From assembly GCA_965552055.1 (NCBI GenBank), contig CBEVQO010000003.1:64001-128000 (forward strand): DNA of 64,000 nucleotides, in the 5' to 3' direction. This DNA is from an uncultured bacterium (GTDB lineage: Bacteria > Hydrothermota > UBA3073 > NMUJ01 > CBEVQO01). Positions 28,728 to 39,056 of the stretch are shown in pieces. The notes under the pieces are model-generated. The model saw nothing but the letters and a program-made list of their open reading frames with translations, did no database searches and had not been told where the DNA came from. Both the position numbers and the translations under genes were made by a program. Numbering within the stretch: the first letter of the stretch is position 1; each line of letters begins with the position of its first letter.

Positions 28728-30316
28728 TAGCATATTTTTCGATGGAGATAGGGTTAGAATCTGACATCAAAACCTATAGTGGTGGTCTCGGCATTTTGGC
28801 AGGTGATATTTTACGCACAGCAGCAGATATCGGGGCTCCTTATGTGGGGGTAACGCTTATCTATCAAAGTGGTTATTTTCGACAAATACTTGAAGAGAAT
28901 GGAGAACAACATGCGATAGATGACGAATGGGTACCCTCTGAAAAGATGAAAAAGATAGATGATTTTGTTGAGATAAAAATAAAGAACGATGTTTTTAAAA
29001 TATCTGCATGGCTTTATGAAATAAAGGGAAAGAAGGGAGTTGTTCCTGTATATTTTCTCGATACAGGTGATGACTATCTTACCCGCTATCTTTATATGGG
29101 AAACAGAGAGTACAGGTTTCAACAGGAGATGGTACTTGGCATAGGTGGATATCGACTTTTGAAAAAACTTGGATATGATATAAAAGTTTATCATATGAAT
29201 GAAGGGCATTCCGCTCTTTTATCGCTTGAATTACTAAAAGAACAGGGTGATATTGAAAAAGTAAAGAGAAAATGTGCATTTACAACTCATACTCCTGTTC
29301 CTGCGGGTCATGATATTTTTGATTATGAAATTGTGAAAGAAAATTTACCAGAAGAAGATGCAAAATTGGTAAATAAAATAATGGGAGATAAGGAATTGAA
29401 TATGACACTGCTTGCGATGAAATTATCGGGATACATAAATGCTGTATCCAAAAGGCATCATGAAGTAACAAAAGAGATGTTCAAAGGTTTTGATATAAAT
29501 TATATAACAAATGGTGTGCATTCTTATACTTGGACATCCAAATATTTTGCAGAGCTTTACGATAAATACATACCTGAATGGAAGGAAGACCCTGAAAATC
29601 TCCAGAAAGTAGATGTAATCCCTGATGAAGAAATATGGGAGGCACATAAAAATGCAAAAAGAGATTTAATAAAATTTGTAGAAGAAAAGACAAAGGTTAA
29701 ACTTTCGGAAGACATTTTTACTGTCGTATTTGCGAAAAGAATGACGAAATGGAAAAGAGGTTATTTGATTTTTAAGGATATTGAGAAATTGAAAGAAATT
29801 GGTAGAGGTAAATTGCAAATTATTTTTGCGGGTAAAGCTCATCCTTATGATGAAGAAGGTAAAGAAGTTATAATGAAAATATTTGAAGGGATGAAAAAGT
29901 TAAAAGGAGATATAAAGTGCGTTTATTTAAAGAATTATGATATTGATATGGCAAAATATTTTGTTAGTGGTGCTGATTTGTGGTTGCAGATGCCATTACC
30001 TCCATATGAAGCTAGTAGCACAAGTGGTATGAAAGCAGCGCATAATGGAGTGCCCTTGTTATCCACGCTAGATGGGTGGTGGTGTGAAGGAAGGCGTGAA
30101 GAAGAAAACGGTTGGACTATAGAAGACGGAAATGATGATATGGCAGCAAAAAGTTTATATGAGAAACTGAAAGATATAATGAAAATTTATTATGGAGATA
30201 GAAAAAAATGGATAAAAGTTATGAAAGGAGCAATAAAATACACAGCATCGCGATTTAACACACATAGAGTTCTCAAAGAATATCTTAACGCTTTTAAAAA
30301 ATATTTACTGACTTAA
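28724..30316 (+). CDS. glgP: Alpha-glucan (glycogen/maltodextrin) phosphorylase
   Basis: YFSME.G, YSGGLG.LAGD, HMNEGH, FTTHTP..AGHD, TNGVH and EASSTSGMKA (PLP lysine). Confidence 0.95.
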   Translation: MIAYFSMEIGLESDIKTYSGGLGILAGDILRTAADIGAPYVGVTLIYQSGYFRQILEENGEQHAIDDEWVPSEKMKKIDDFVEIKIKNDVFKISAWLYEIKGKKGVVPVYFLDTGDDYLTRYLYMGNREYRFQQEMVLGIGGYRLLKKLGYDIKVYHMNEGHSALLSLELLKEQGDIEKVKRKCAFTTHTPVPAGHDIFDYEIVKENLPEEDAKLVNKIMGDKELNMTLLAMKLSGYINAVSKRHHEVTKEMFKGFDINYITNGVHSYTWTSKYFAELYDKYIPEWKEDPENLQKVDVIPDEEIWEAHKNAKRDLIKFVEEKTKVKLSEDIFTVVFAKRMTKWKRGYLIFKDIEKLKEIGRGKLQIIFAGKAHPYDEEGKEVIMKIFEGMKKLKGDIKCVYLKNYDIDMAKYFVSGADLWLQMPLPPYEASSTSGMKAAHNGVPLLSTLDGWWCEGRREEENGWTIEDGNDDMAAKSLYEKLKDIMKIYYGDRKKWIKVMKGAIKYTASRFNTHRVLKEYLNAFKKYLLT

Positions 30317-33300
30317 ATAAAAGCAATAAACTTTGCCATTGTAACTTCCTATGATTACTACATTGTTATTAACACTTACAACGGGATAAGATCTTATTTT
30401 AGCACCTGTATTATATTTCCAGACAATTTCTCCCGTTTGTTTGTTTACAGCGTAAAATATTCCGTTATCAGCACCAAAATAAATGTAATTTCCCCAAATT
30501 ACAGGTGCAGAATAAGTTGGTGAGCCTATATCAAGAGGATAATTCGTCCATGAATATGGATTTGGGTTTTTAAGGGTATCTATTACCCATAATTTTCCGC
30601 TTGTATCGAGGAAATAAATATAGTAAGAATCAAGGAAATCTTGCCAACATAAGGAATGGATCGGTGCCGAAACAGAGTATGTCCATACGGTATCAAAGTT
30701 TATAGGCTTCATTGCGAAAAACTTATTACCATAACTTCCAACATAAATTCTTTTTGGTACATAATCTCCCGCTGATTGTGGGAAATATTCGATCCAAGGT
30801 GGTGCTTTAACATCTCCTTCTGCATAAACTGCACCGAGCCATGTTCCATCAAAAGTTTGTATTTTGAAAATAGTATCGACATCAGAACCTATATAAAGTT
30901 CGTCTGTTAAGTTACAAATTGCAGGTGATGAGCATATGCTACCGTTCGTAGAATAAGGTGTTGTCCATGCTGGAGTGCCATCTTCTTTATTCAATGCGTA
31001 TATTTCTCCATCGGCTGTACCAAAATATACTTTTTCACCATCACAAATAACAGCTCCAACGATTGCTGAGTTTACATCATATGTCCAGAGTACCTCGTAA
31101 GATTTGCCAGTGTCTTTTACTGCGTAAATTTTTGCAGGTGTTGAGTATGTTCCAAAAAAGATTACCGAATCAAAAACTGTTGGTGTTCCTCTTATTGGTC
31201 CCGTTGCTTGGAATGTCCAATTTGTATCGCCATCCAATATTTTAATTGCGTAAAGCTTGCCATCTTCATCGCCTATGTAACAAATATTGCCATATTTTGT
31301 GGGAGAACAATTTATGTTACCGATGTATTTATCGAAAGGTTTCGGAAATACCCATTTTAGATTTCCAGCATTTCCCCAAATTACAAAACCATTTTCTTCT
31401 TTATCATAATCTTCGCCTGCTTTTGCGCCTCCGTAATTTGTTATCCAGAGCGTATCGCCCAAAGCTTTTGCAAGTCCTCCAGCAGAGCCAATCAAATATA
31501 CATTTATGGAACAGGCAGTATCTGCAAATGTGAGGCAATCAAAAGTGTCTTTGAAGTTTGTTTTTATTCTTATTTTAAGATAAATTCCCTTGTTTTTTAT
31601 TTTACCAAAATATACATTGTTAAAGTTTATAATGCTGACAAGTGAATCTATAAATATTGCGACTGAGTCGAGGAAATCGAGATTTAAGTGAGTTATATCA
31701 ATATCTCCTTTTATCAATTCTAATTTACAAAGATTATTCTCGTCGATTCCTCTTATTAAAGGAGGTTCAGTTCCGTATGCTGTTATTTTTGCCAGAGAAC
31801 TTACTAAATTGATTTTGCCATTTAGTTTTATGACTGCACCATCTGATAAAGAGAGTAATGCTCTACCGCCAACTCTTATTGATTCTGCAACAAAAAGTGT
31901 CGAAGGTGAAGAAAAATTGAGCTTTCCGTTGAGTCTCAATACATTCACTTTAAGATTATGAGAATTTAATACAAGATATTTATTAATCTGATCAATTGTC
32001 AGAAGATCAAAGTTTACATCTCTAAATAAGATTAAAGAATCTCCGGATAATCTTGCACTCAGGTCTTTGAATTTACCATTGCCATAGATTTTGCCTTTTG
32101 ATTTGAAAAGCAGGTCTGCATCGGTTATTTCTCTATCAATTATCGTAGCCACTATATTTCCGTTATTTATTAACTTAACCGGGTTTACAAAAACAAAAGA
32201 AGTTGCTTTTAAATTACCTATTTTTAGTGAGCAATTTTCATCGATTACGAAATAATTCGAGTGCACTCTGAATTCTCCTCCACCAACATAAATTCCTGTG
32301 CCTTTGAGAGTGCATGATTGCGCTATAAAGCGGAAAGTATCGGTAGCACCATAGGTTTGAATACAGCCATCATTCAATAATACATTACCGTAGAAGAAAA
32401 ATCCTGTATCTGAATTTATAAAAAGGGTGCATTTTTTTGTCTGGATGTAAAGATTTTTACATTTATTTATAGTTTTGCTTCTAACAGCAGGATATCTTGA
32501 GCGATGAGGAGGAATTATAACATCCGCATTTTCGTCGGGACATTTTCCCATATTCCAATTACTTGAAACCTCCCATTCATCGCTTACCCCGCCATACCAT
32601 ACATAATCGCCAGTATATGCTGTTACGCCTGTATCAGGGATACCATTCGAATCTCGATCTATGCAAATATAGAAAACAGCATTTATTACTGAAGGAGTAT
32701 TATCAGAAGGCAAACACTGATTTGATGTGAGGTTACCGTCCCAATTTTTGATAATTGCAAATAAAGCCAAAACTGCTCCTGTATCAACTTTTCCGTTTCC
32801 TTTTCCGTAAATTGAATTCCAGTTTATTTTTATTTCTACATCACTTCCAGGTGTTGCTTGTAAATCACATTTAGATATCCATGCGAAATCGGTTGGATTT
32901 TCAATTTTTCTCAATCCTGCTGAATCTTCAAGCCCATAATATCCGCAGTCATGCGCATTTACACAACCTACTACATAATCTGCCATGAAGCCTTTAACTT
33001 TGACAGTTTCGGGTACAGAGCCAGAAATTGCATTGTCAAGCACTCCTGTATTATCCTTTACATCAGAAGAATCCACAAATCCTGAATCATTTTTATCTTT
33101 TCCGAAATCTTTGTCTATGTAGATAAGTAGAGCGTTGCCGTTTGTTGTGGTAAGAGCACCTTTTATGCCTATATAAAGGTCATGTAAATCCCAGGTTATA
33201 AAAAGGCTATCGAGAGTATCACCCGACCAGTTTGAAGTGATTGAATTTAAAAGAGGGAATTCTCCTTTTTTCCAGTCATCATCACTAACAAAGAATATTG

Positions 33301-34741
33301 TTCCGTCTATTTCTGGTACATCATAAGTTGAGGAATCTCCTGCTGTTCTTGTTATTACTTTTGAATTGTTCCTTACATCTGGGGGAATATCAGGTATTCC
33401 ATCGCCATTTCTGTCAATAGTTATGGAGACAGCTGAATTCATTGTTGATGGGAACACTTCTTCTGGTAAGGTAGCATCACTTATTCCATTTCCTGTTGCA
33501 TCTTTTATTAATACAAATAATGCAATTTTCGCATTTATTGGTACTATTTCTGTTGCATCTGGATAAAGATTTCGCCATGGGATTTCGGCTTCAAGGTCGC
33601 CTCCTGGTGTTGCTCTTACTTTGCAATTAATCCACCAAAAGTTATCCATATTTGGGGATGTATCTAATCTTCTGAGTCCCACGGTATCGCATGTGTTATC
33701 GTTGCAGTCACCTGCATTCTTTGCGCCAAGCACAAAATCTGCGTAAAAGCCTTTAACAGGACAGATGGAAGGTTTATCACCGGTGATAGCGGCATCAAGA
33801 GCACCTGTCTCATCTGCTAAATCTTTTCTGTCATTCCAACCGAGAGAATCGAATTGTTGAAAATCTACATCAATATAAATAAGGCAATAATTCGCATGGT
33901 CTGTTGTTAAATGAGCATCTACTCCTATATAAAGATTTTGTGTATCCCATGTTACAAATAGAGAATAAAGTGAATCCCATGCAAAGCTTCCAGAACCTCC
34001 ATTTGAATTAGAGCATATAGAATCTGCCCTGCTCCAGTCATGTTTCGCAATGTAAATGTATCCATCAATCAAAGGACCTTTTGAAGTATCTTTTATATGA
34101 TACCAGAAACCCTGGGTTATATAAGCGGAATTATCTGCATAATCTGAGCATGTGTCATCGTAAGGATTGGCATCACTGATACCGGGTTTATTTTCAGCGG
34201 GTCTAAAATAACAAATGATGTAAATTGAATCACCAAAACTAACTCCGAGTGTATCCCTTGAGATTGAGATTTCTGCCCAGCCTCCTGATACAGATTCTGC
34301 ATGTCGCAACCCTCCTGCAACTTTCCATTGAGTGCCGTCCCATTTTTGTAAATCAATTTCTCCAAAGGCATCATTACCATAAGGAATCCAAGCAGTTATC
34401 CAGAAATCAGGTTTATTTGTCCAGCCAATCTGTGTCGTTGAGCACCATGGGTCTGTTCCGTTGCCTTCCGATGTGCCATTTACATCAATAGCAAACATCC
34501 AGTGTGCTGATTTGCCATCATTCCAGGGGTCTCCTCCAAATTCCCATCCGATATAAATGCAGGTATCATCATGAGTAATCCATAATTTTTTACATGCATC
34601 GTAGGGAAGATTATAAGAACCTGTGCTGTTGTGTAAATCTACATTCTCCCAATCTTCCCATTTGTTTGCATCAATTACAGGAGTAAACGCATACAAATGA
34701 GTACAGATAAAAAGCCATATAGCCATACATCGCTTCATCAT
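30305..34741 (-). CDS. Large secreted multidomain protein: three DOMON/CBM9-like repeats, beta-rich stalk, PQQ-type beta-propeller
   Basis: Signal peptide from 34741/34738; repeated T(W/H)D...(L/I)YIG domains; C-terminal IYFG..DG..YA....G...W repeats. Confidence 0.65.
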   Translation of the reverse strand: MMKRCMAIWLFICTHLYAFTPVIDANKWEDWENVDLHNSTGSYNLPYDACKKLWITHDDTCIYIGWEFGGDPWNDGKSAHWMFAIDVNGTSEGNGTDPWCSTTQIGWTNKPDFWITAWIPYGNDAFGEIDLQKWDGTQWKVAGGLRHAESVSGGWAEISISRDTLGVSFGDSIYIICYFRPAENKPGISDANPYDDTCSDYADNSAYITQGFWYHIKDTSKGPLIDGYIYIAKHDWSRADSICSNSNGGSGSFAWDSLYSLFVTWDTQNLYIGVDAHLTTDHANYCLIYIDVDFQQFDSLGWNDRKDLADETGALDAAITGDKPSICPVKGFYADFVLGAKNAGDCNDNTCDTVGLRRLDTSPNMDNFWWINCKVRATPGGDLEAEIPWRNLYPDATEIVPINAKIALFVLIKDATGNGISDATLPEEVFPSTMNSAVSITIDRNGDGIPDIPPDVRNNSKVITRTAGDSSTYDVPEIDGTIFFVSDDDWKKGEFPLLNSITSNWSGDTLDSLFITWDLHDLYIGIKGALTTTNGNALLIYIDKDFGKDKNDSGFVDSSDVKDNTGVLDNAISGSVPETVKVKGFMADYVVGCVNAHDCGYYGLEDSAGLRKIENPTDFAWISKCDLQATPGSDVEIKINWNSIYGKGNGKVDTGAVLALFAIIKNWDGNLTSNQCLPSDNTPSVINAVFYICIDRDSNGIPDTGVTAYTGDYVWYGGVSDEWEVSSNWNMGKCPDENADVIIPPHRSRYPAVRSKTINKCKNLYIQTKKCTLFINSDTGFFFYGNVLLNDGCIQTYGATDTFRFIAQSCTLKGTGIYVGGGEFRVHSNYFVIDENCSLKIGNLKATSFVFVNPVKLINNGNIVATIIDREITDADLLFKSKGKIYGNGKFKDLSARLSGDSLILFRDVNFDLLTIDQINKYLVLNSHNLKVNVLRLNGKLNFSSPSTLFVAESIRVGGRALLSLSDGAVIKLNGKINLVSSLAKITAYGTEPPLIRGIDENNLCKLELIKGDIDITHLNLDFLDSVAIFIDSLVSIINFNNVYFGKIKNKGIYLKIRIKTNFKDTFDCLTFADTACSINVYLIGSAGGLAKALGDTLWITNYGGAKAGEDYDKEENGFVIWGNAGNLKWVFPKPFDKYIGNINCSPTKYGNICYIGDEDGKLYAIKILDGDTNWTFQATGPIRGTPTVFDSVIFFGTYSTPAKIYAVKDTGKSYEVLWTYDVNSAIVGAVICDGEKVYFGTADGEIYALNKEDGTPAWTTPYSTNGSICSSPAICNLTDELYIGSDVDTIFKIQTFDGTWLGAVYAEGDVKAPPWIEYFPQSAGDYVPKRIYVGSYGNKFFAMKPINFDTVWTYSVSAPIHSLCWQDFLDSYYIYFLDTSGKLWVIDTLKNPNPYSWTNYPLDIGSPTYSAPVIWGNYIYFGADNGIFYAVNKQTGEIVWKYNTGAKIRSYPVVSVNNNVVIIGSYNGKVYCFYLSQ

Positions 34742-34743
34742 TA

Positions 34744-34771
34744 ATTTTAATTCGTTTTGTATAAAAGTCAA
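34744..34771 (-). promoter_or_regulatory. Putative promoter TTGACT-N16-TAAAAT, leaderless
   Basis: Overlaps the stop of the ABC ATPase gene; TA-ATG-ATG follows. Confidence 0.5.
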
Positions 34772-35829
34772 GATTTTGATATTTCTATTCTTTTTTCCGT
34801 TTTTTTATCAAAGAAGTGCAATCTATTTTCGTTGAACTTTACTGGTATAATTTCTCCTGCTTTTATTTTTACATCATAAGGTGCCCTTGCTGTCAAATTT
34901 GTATCCCCGATTTTAAGGTGCAAGAAATTTTCGTTACCAATTGGTTCTATAATTTCTACCTGTGCTTTCAAATGTGCCTCTTTTTCATCGCAGAGCAAAA
35001 TATCTTCCGGACGCACACCCAGAATTATTTCACCCCGGGGCACTTTTTTTAATTTTATCTTAAAATCTTTTGATATGAATTCATCTTTTTCTCCTTTTCC
35101 TTCTATAAAATTCATCGTAGGGGTACCTATAAATCCTGCTACGAATTTATTTTGTGGTTTTTCGTAAAGCGTGAGTGGGTCTGCTATTTGCTGTATTACA
35201 CCGGCATTAAGTACCACTATCTTTGTTCCCATTGTCATTGCTTCAATCTGGTCGTGCGTTACATAAATTGATGTTACTCCGAGTTTTTTGTGCAATCTTA
35301 AAAGTTCGGTTCGCATTTGATTTCGCAATTTCGCATCGAGATTTGAAAGCGGTTCATCAAACAAAAATGCTTTTGGATTTCTTATTATTGCTCTGCCGAG
35401 CGCTACACGCTGACGCTGTCCACCCGATAACTGACCCGGACGCCTCGAAAGAAGGTTTTCCAGCTGCAATAACTTTGCTACTTCTTTAACCTTTTTATCT
35501 ATTTCGTCTTTTGGATATTTTCTCAATCTCAGTGGAAAAGCGAGATTTTCGTAAACAGTCATATGTGGGTAGAGTGCGTAATCCTGGAATACCATGGCTA
35601 TATCCCTTTCTTTTGGTGGTACATCGTTTACAATTTTTCCATCAATGTAAATTTCGCCTTCGGTAGGTTTCTCGAGCCCTGCAATTAAGCGCAATATTGT
35701 GGATTTGCCACAGCCAGAAGGTCCTACAATGACAACAAATTCTCCATCCTCTGCAATAAAAGAAACATTCTTTACTGCAACTGTTTTGCCAAAGATTTTC
35801 GTTACATTTTTTAATTCAACTTTTGACAT
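34768..35829 (-). CDS. Carbohydrate ABC transporter ATP-binding protein (MalK/MsmX/UgpC family)
   Basis: GPSGCGKS, LSGGQRQR, DEPLSNLD and YVTHDQ motifs; TOBE tail. Confidence 0.95.
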   Translation of the reverse strand: MSKVELKNVTKIFGKTVAVKNVSFIAEDGEFVVIVGPSGCGKSTILRLIAGLEKPTEGEIYIDGKIVNDVPPKERDIAMVFQDYALYPHMTVYENLAFPLRLRKYPKDEIDKKVKEVAKLLQLENLLSRRPGQLSGGQRQRVALGRAIIRNPKAFLFDEPLSNLDAKLRNQMRTELLRLHKKLGVTSIYVTHDQIEAMTMGTKIVVLNAGVIQQIADPLTLYEKPQNKFVAGFIGTPTMNFIEGKGEKDEFISKDFKIKLKKVPRGEIILGVRPEDILLCDEKEAHLKAQVEIIEPIGNENFLHLKIGDTNLTARAPYDVKIKAGEIIPVKFNENRLHFFDKKTEKRIEISKS

Positions 35830-35831
35830 TA

Positions 35832-36284
35832 TTAAATTGTGATGTTTTTTAAAATTTGAAAAATATTTACAAGATGCTCACCAGCTTCTTTCGTTGATTT
35901 CGCTTTTTGAGTGTAACTCCAGAATACAGAGCCTCCTGTTTCTTCTCCTGTCCCAGCATCATGAGAATAAAAAATATCATGGAATTCATTGAAATTTAAA
36001 TTTTTTAGATATTGTAAAAGCGGGGAATAAATTTTCTTTATATCCTGTTCGATAATCGCAGTTTTTGTTATTCTTTCGTCTTCCTCTTCCCATGTTCCAA
36101 ACTCAAATTCTTTTTCCAATCTAACTTCTATTTTCTTATCAGCATCATCGTAAACAACCTCACACGAAATATCTTTGATTTTGCCGAGGTATCTTAAAAA
36201 TTTACTCTCAATATCCACATCAAATAATCCATAAGGTAAGTTTATCTTTCTCAGTTCATTTACAATTTTTTCAAATTCTTCCAT
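35832..36284 (-). CDS. Hypothetical protein
   Basis: 150-aa ORF packed between co-oriented genes and preceded by a promoter-like motif. Confidence 0.6.
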   Translation of the reverse strand: MEEFEKIVNELRKINLPYGLFDVDIESKFLRYLGKIKDISCEVVYDDADKKIEVRLEKEFEFGTWEEEDERITKTAIIEQDIKKIYSPLLQYLKNLNFNEFHDIFYSHDAGTGEETGGSVFWSYTQKAKSTKEAGEHLVNIFQILKNITI

Positions 36285-36289
36285 CACAT

Positions 36290-36316
36290 AATTTATTGAT
36301 AAACTAAAAATGTCAA
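36290..36316 (-). promoter_or_regulatory. Putative promoter TTGACA-N15-TAAATT, leaderless
   Basis: Lies in the 3' end of the upstream gene; ATG at 36284 is 5 nt downstream. Confidence 0.5.
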
Positions 36317-36769
36317 ATAAATTTCAAAAAAATTTGTTCCGATTGAGAAATCTATTTCGTGACCATTATCCGCGAAGTCCCTGATCTTTAGATAAGAGTA
36401 AGTTTCTGCCCTCAAAATTATATTCTTCATTAGAGAAAAACTTATTCCGAGTAATCCTTTTATTCCAAAGTCATTATAAGGCTCTTCAACTATCTGACCC
36501 CAGTGATTTGCTGTCTTTTCTGTTCCTCTGTCAAGAAATATTCCTCCACCGAGATACGGATACGATTTTTTATTGCCAGAAAAAGGCAATATGTAGCTTG
36601 CATTCACTCCCATTTCTATCCTTTTGTGCGTTACCCATTTGAGTTTAGCGCCAAACAGAATTTGCCTGAATTCAATACGAGTGAGAGATGGCTTCAGCAA
36701 TTCGAATTCACCTCCCGCATTCGTCCACCCAATTGCGAGCCCTATTTGAAATATCAATACGAGTAACAT
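36293..36769 (-). CDS. Small outer-membrane beta-barrel-like protein
   Basis: GGAGG SD; YPYLGGG and G...LLGISF strand motifs. Confidence 0.55.
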   Translation of the reverse strand: MLLVLIFQIGLAIGWTNAGGEFELLKPSLTRIEFRQILFGAKLKWVTHKRIEMGVNASYILPFSGNKKSYPYLGGGIFLDRGTEKTANHWGQIVEEPYNDFGIKGLLGISFSLMKNIILRAETYSYLKIRDFADNGHEIDFSIGTNFFEIYLTFLVYQ

Positions 36770-36778
36770 AATCCCTCC

Positions 36779-39040
36779 TTATTGTATTAAAATTTTCCTT
36801 TTTAAAAATGAAGGTGGCTCTTTGCCCATCAGAATATAAATATTTTCGAGTGTTTTTCTAAACATTTTGTCATACTCTGCTTCATCGGGAGTATACTGGT
36901 CGCGTCCATACCACCAGAACCAATCAGAACCTTCAGCAGCATAAACCTCTTCCCAAACTCTTTCCGGTACATTTTCCCATTTTTCGACATCTTTTCTTAC
37001 TTTAAGTAAATAATCCCATGCGAGATTTTCCTCAAATTCTCCTATCCATGTGGAAAAATCTGCATTTATCCATGAGCCCGACCACAAATTGTGAAGAGTG
37101 GCTTCCGGCGGATTTTCCCTTATAAATTCAGATAGATAAACTGTTTTTACCCATTTTGCTCTCTGTAATTGAGAATATAGAGAATGTAAAAATTCCTTAC
37201 CATCGTGTTTATAATTTTCCCAGCAATTCTCACCGTCAAGGATAACAGTCACAAGAATAGGTTCTTTTGAATTTGCAAACTTTTTATGAATTTCATAAAG
37301 TTTACTTATAAAATCGTTCGCAGCATCTATTGGATGCATTTTACAATATCTAAAGCCGATATCATCCGATAATCTTGTATCTCTAAAAACTATGTAAACA
37401 AATTTATCTTCTGCTATTGCCTTGTAAACTTTGTATTTTTCGTAATCAGTGCAAAAATCTTTCCCAAAAGTTTTTGCCAATACTTTTTCGTCTGTTGCTA
37501 TCCATTTTATCCCTGCATCTGCAAAAATAGGGATTACAGATTTTGATACAGCTCCTTCAGCAGGCCACATTCCCACAGGTTTTTTACCAAATATTTTTTC
37601 ATACAATTTGACTGCTTTTTCAACATGGGCTTTTGCATCCTGGGGATAGCGAAAACTCCTGCCATTGTCGCATAAAAGCGGCAATATCGGGTGATAGAAA
37701 GGAGTCGTCGTTATTTCAATCTGTCCTTTGTCCTGTAATTCTTTATGAATTGTCAGCACATTTTTCATTATTTTGTAATGAATTTCCATAAGGCGCTTTT
37801 TATCTCTTTCTGTAAAATTTTTGCCTTTTTCCACAAGGTCTTTTGCTGTTATTACTTCGCCGTCTGGAAGTTCTACTTCTTTTTCCTTGAAATCAGGGTC
37901 GAGCCATGCAAGATTGAACCATACCTGTAAATCCCTGAAATCCTGTGTTGTATAATTCTTTATAGATGCTGATAAATTTATCGTACCATCGGGATTCATA
38001 ACTCTTTTTAACCGCAATTCTCTGTATCTCGGATAAATATCAATCATATTTTGCCAGTTTGCACTGAAAAAGTTTAAAATTAAAAATTCCTTGTCTTTCT
38101 TTGTCAATTTATTTGCAGGTTTAAGTGTCAATCTCATATATTTATCCATTGGCAACCCTTTTTCGTATCTCTCAATCATTTCCTGCAACTGCATTATTAA
38201 TACGGGAGTCAGGTTTATTGCGAGATGTATTTTTGGATATTCCTTTAGGATTGCTGCCATATCGTAGTAATCTTTTACTGCGTGCAATCTTACCCATGGT
38301 TTCTCGTATTCCCCTGTTTCCGGGTCTTTGAAATACCTTGGCTGATGCTGGTGCCAAAGTATCATCAGATAAATCGGCTTACCTACTGGCTTCAAATTAT
38401 CTACAATTTCTTTTTTCTCCTCGTGGTAAACCACCTTGCCCTCCTCTGTTACTCTTAGAACCGAATTAAATCCACCGAAGCCATCATCTGTTTTCCATGG
38501 ATTTTTGGGGTCTTCACGCCATTTTCCATCAATTACAAATTTATATTGATAAATTCCGGGTTTTAAATTTATCGTTACTTCCCAGTATCCATCTTTTTTA
38601 ATCATTTTTGTTGCTTTTGGATTCCAGTTGTTAAATGTTCCTGCAAGATATACTTCGTGGGCTGTGGGTGCGTGAATGCGGAAAGTTACGGGGAAGGCGC
38701 CTTCTTCTGGCGGGAAACCGAAATATACTTTGCCGTCATCCGTTACCTTAACTACTGAATTGAATCCTCCAAATCCATCGTCAACTTTCCATGGATTTTT
38801 GGGGTCTTCGCACCATCTTCCATCAACTACGAATTTATACTGATAGGTGCCGGGTTTTAAAGATATTTCTACTTCCCATACGCCATCGCGCTTTTTCATA
38901 GGAGTAGCAGTGGGACTCCACGAGTTAAATTCACCAGCAAGATACACAGATTTTGCATCAGGAGCTTCAAGCGTGAATTTCACTTTGTAAATCTGTGCAT
39001 CCAAAATGCATGGCAAAAATAGTAAAAATAATTTTTTCAT
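36779..39040 (-). CDS. GH57 amylopullulanase-type enzyme with two N-terminal CBM48 domains
   Basis: Signal peptide; two VYLAG.FN.W..YQYKFV.DG.W domains; WHQHQP, MWPAEG, LDGEN.WE and AEGSDWFWW. Confidence 0.92.
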   Translation of the reverse strand: MKKLFLLFLPCILDAQIYKVKFTLEAPDAKSVYLAGEFNSWSPTATPMKKRDGVWEVEISLKPGTYQYKFVVDGRWCEDPKNPWKVDDGFGGFNSVVKVTDDGKVYFGFPPEEGAFPVTFRIHAPTAHEVYLAGTFNNWNPKATKMIKKDGYWEVTINLKPGIYQYKFVIDGKWREDPKNPWKTDDGFGGFNSVLRVTEEGKVVYHEEKKEIVDNLKPVGKPIYLMILWHQHQPRYFKDPETGEYEKPWVRLHAVKDYYDMAAILKEYPKIHLAINLTPVLIMQLQEMIERYEKGLPMDKYMRLTLKPANKLTKKDKEFLILNFFSANWQNMIDIYPRYRELRLKRVMNPDGTINLSASIKNYTTQDFRDLQVWFNLAWLDPDFKEKEVELPDGEVITAKDLVEKGKNFTERDKKRLMEIHYKIMKNVLTIHKELQDKGQIEITTTPFYHPILPLLCDNGRSFRYPQDAKAHVEKAVKLYEKIFGKKPVGMWPAEGAVSKSVIPIFADAGIKWIATDEKVLAKTFGKDFCTDYEKYKVYKAIAEDKFVYIVFRDTRLSDDIGFRYCKMHPIDAANDFISKLYEIHKKFANSKEPILVTVILDGENCWENYKHDGKEFLHSLYSQLQRAKWVKTVYLSEFIRENPPEATLHNLWSGSWINADFSTWIGEFEENLAWDYLLKVRKDVEKWENVPERVWEEVYAAEGSDWFWWYGRDQYTPDEAEYDKMFRKTLENIYILMGKEPPSFLKRKILIQ

Positions 39041-39056
39041 AATCCCTCCTTTAATT

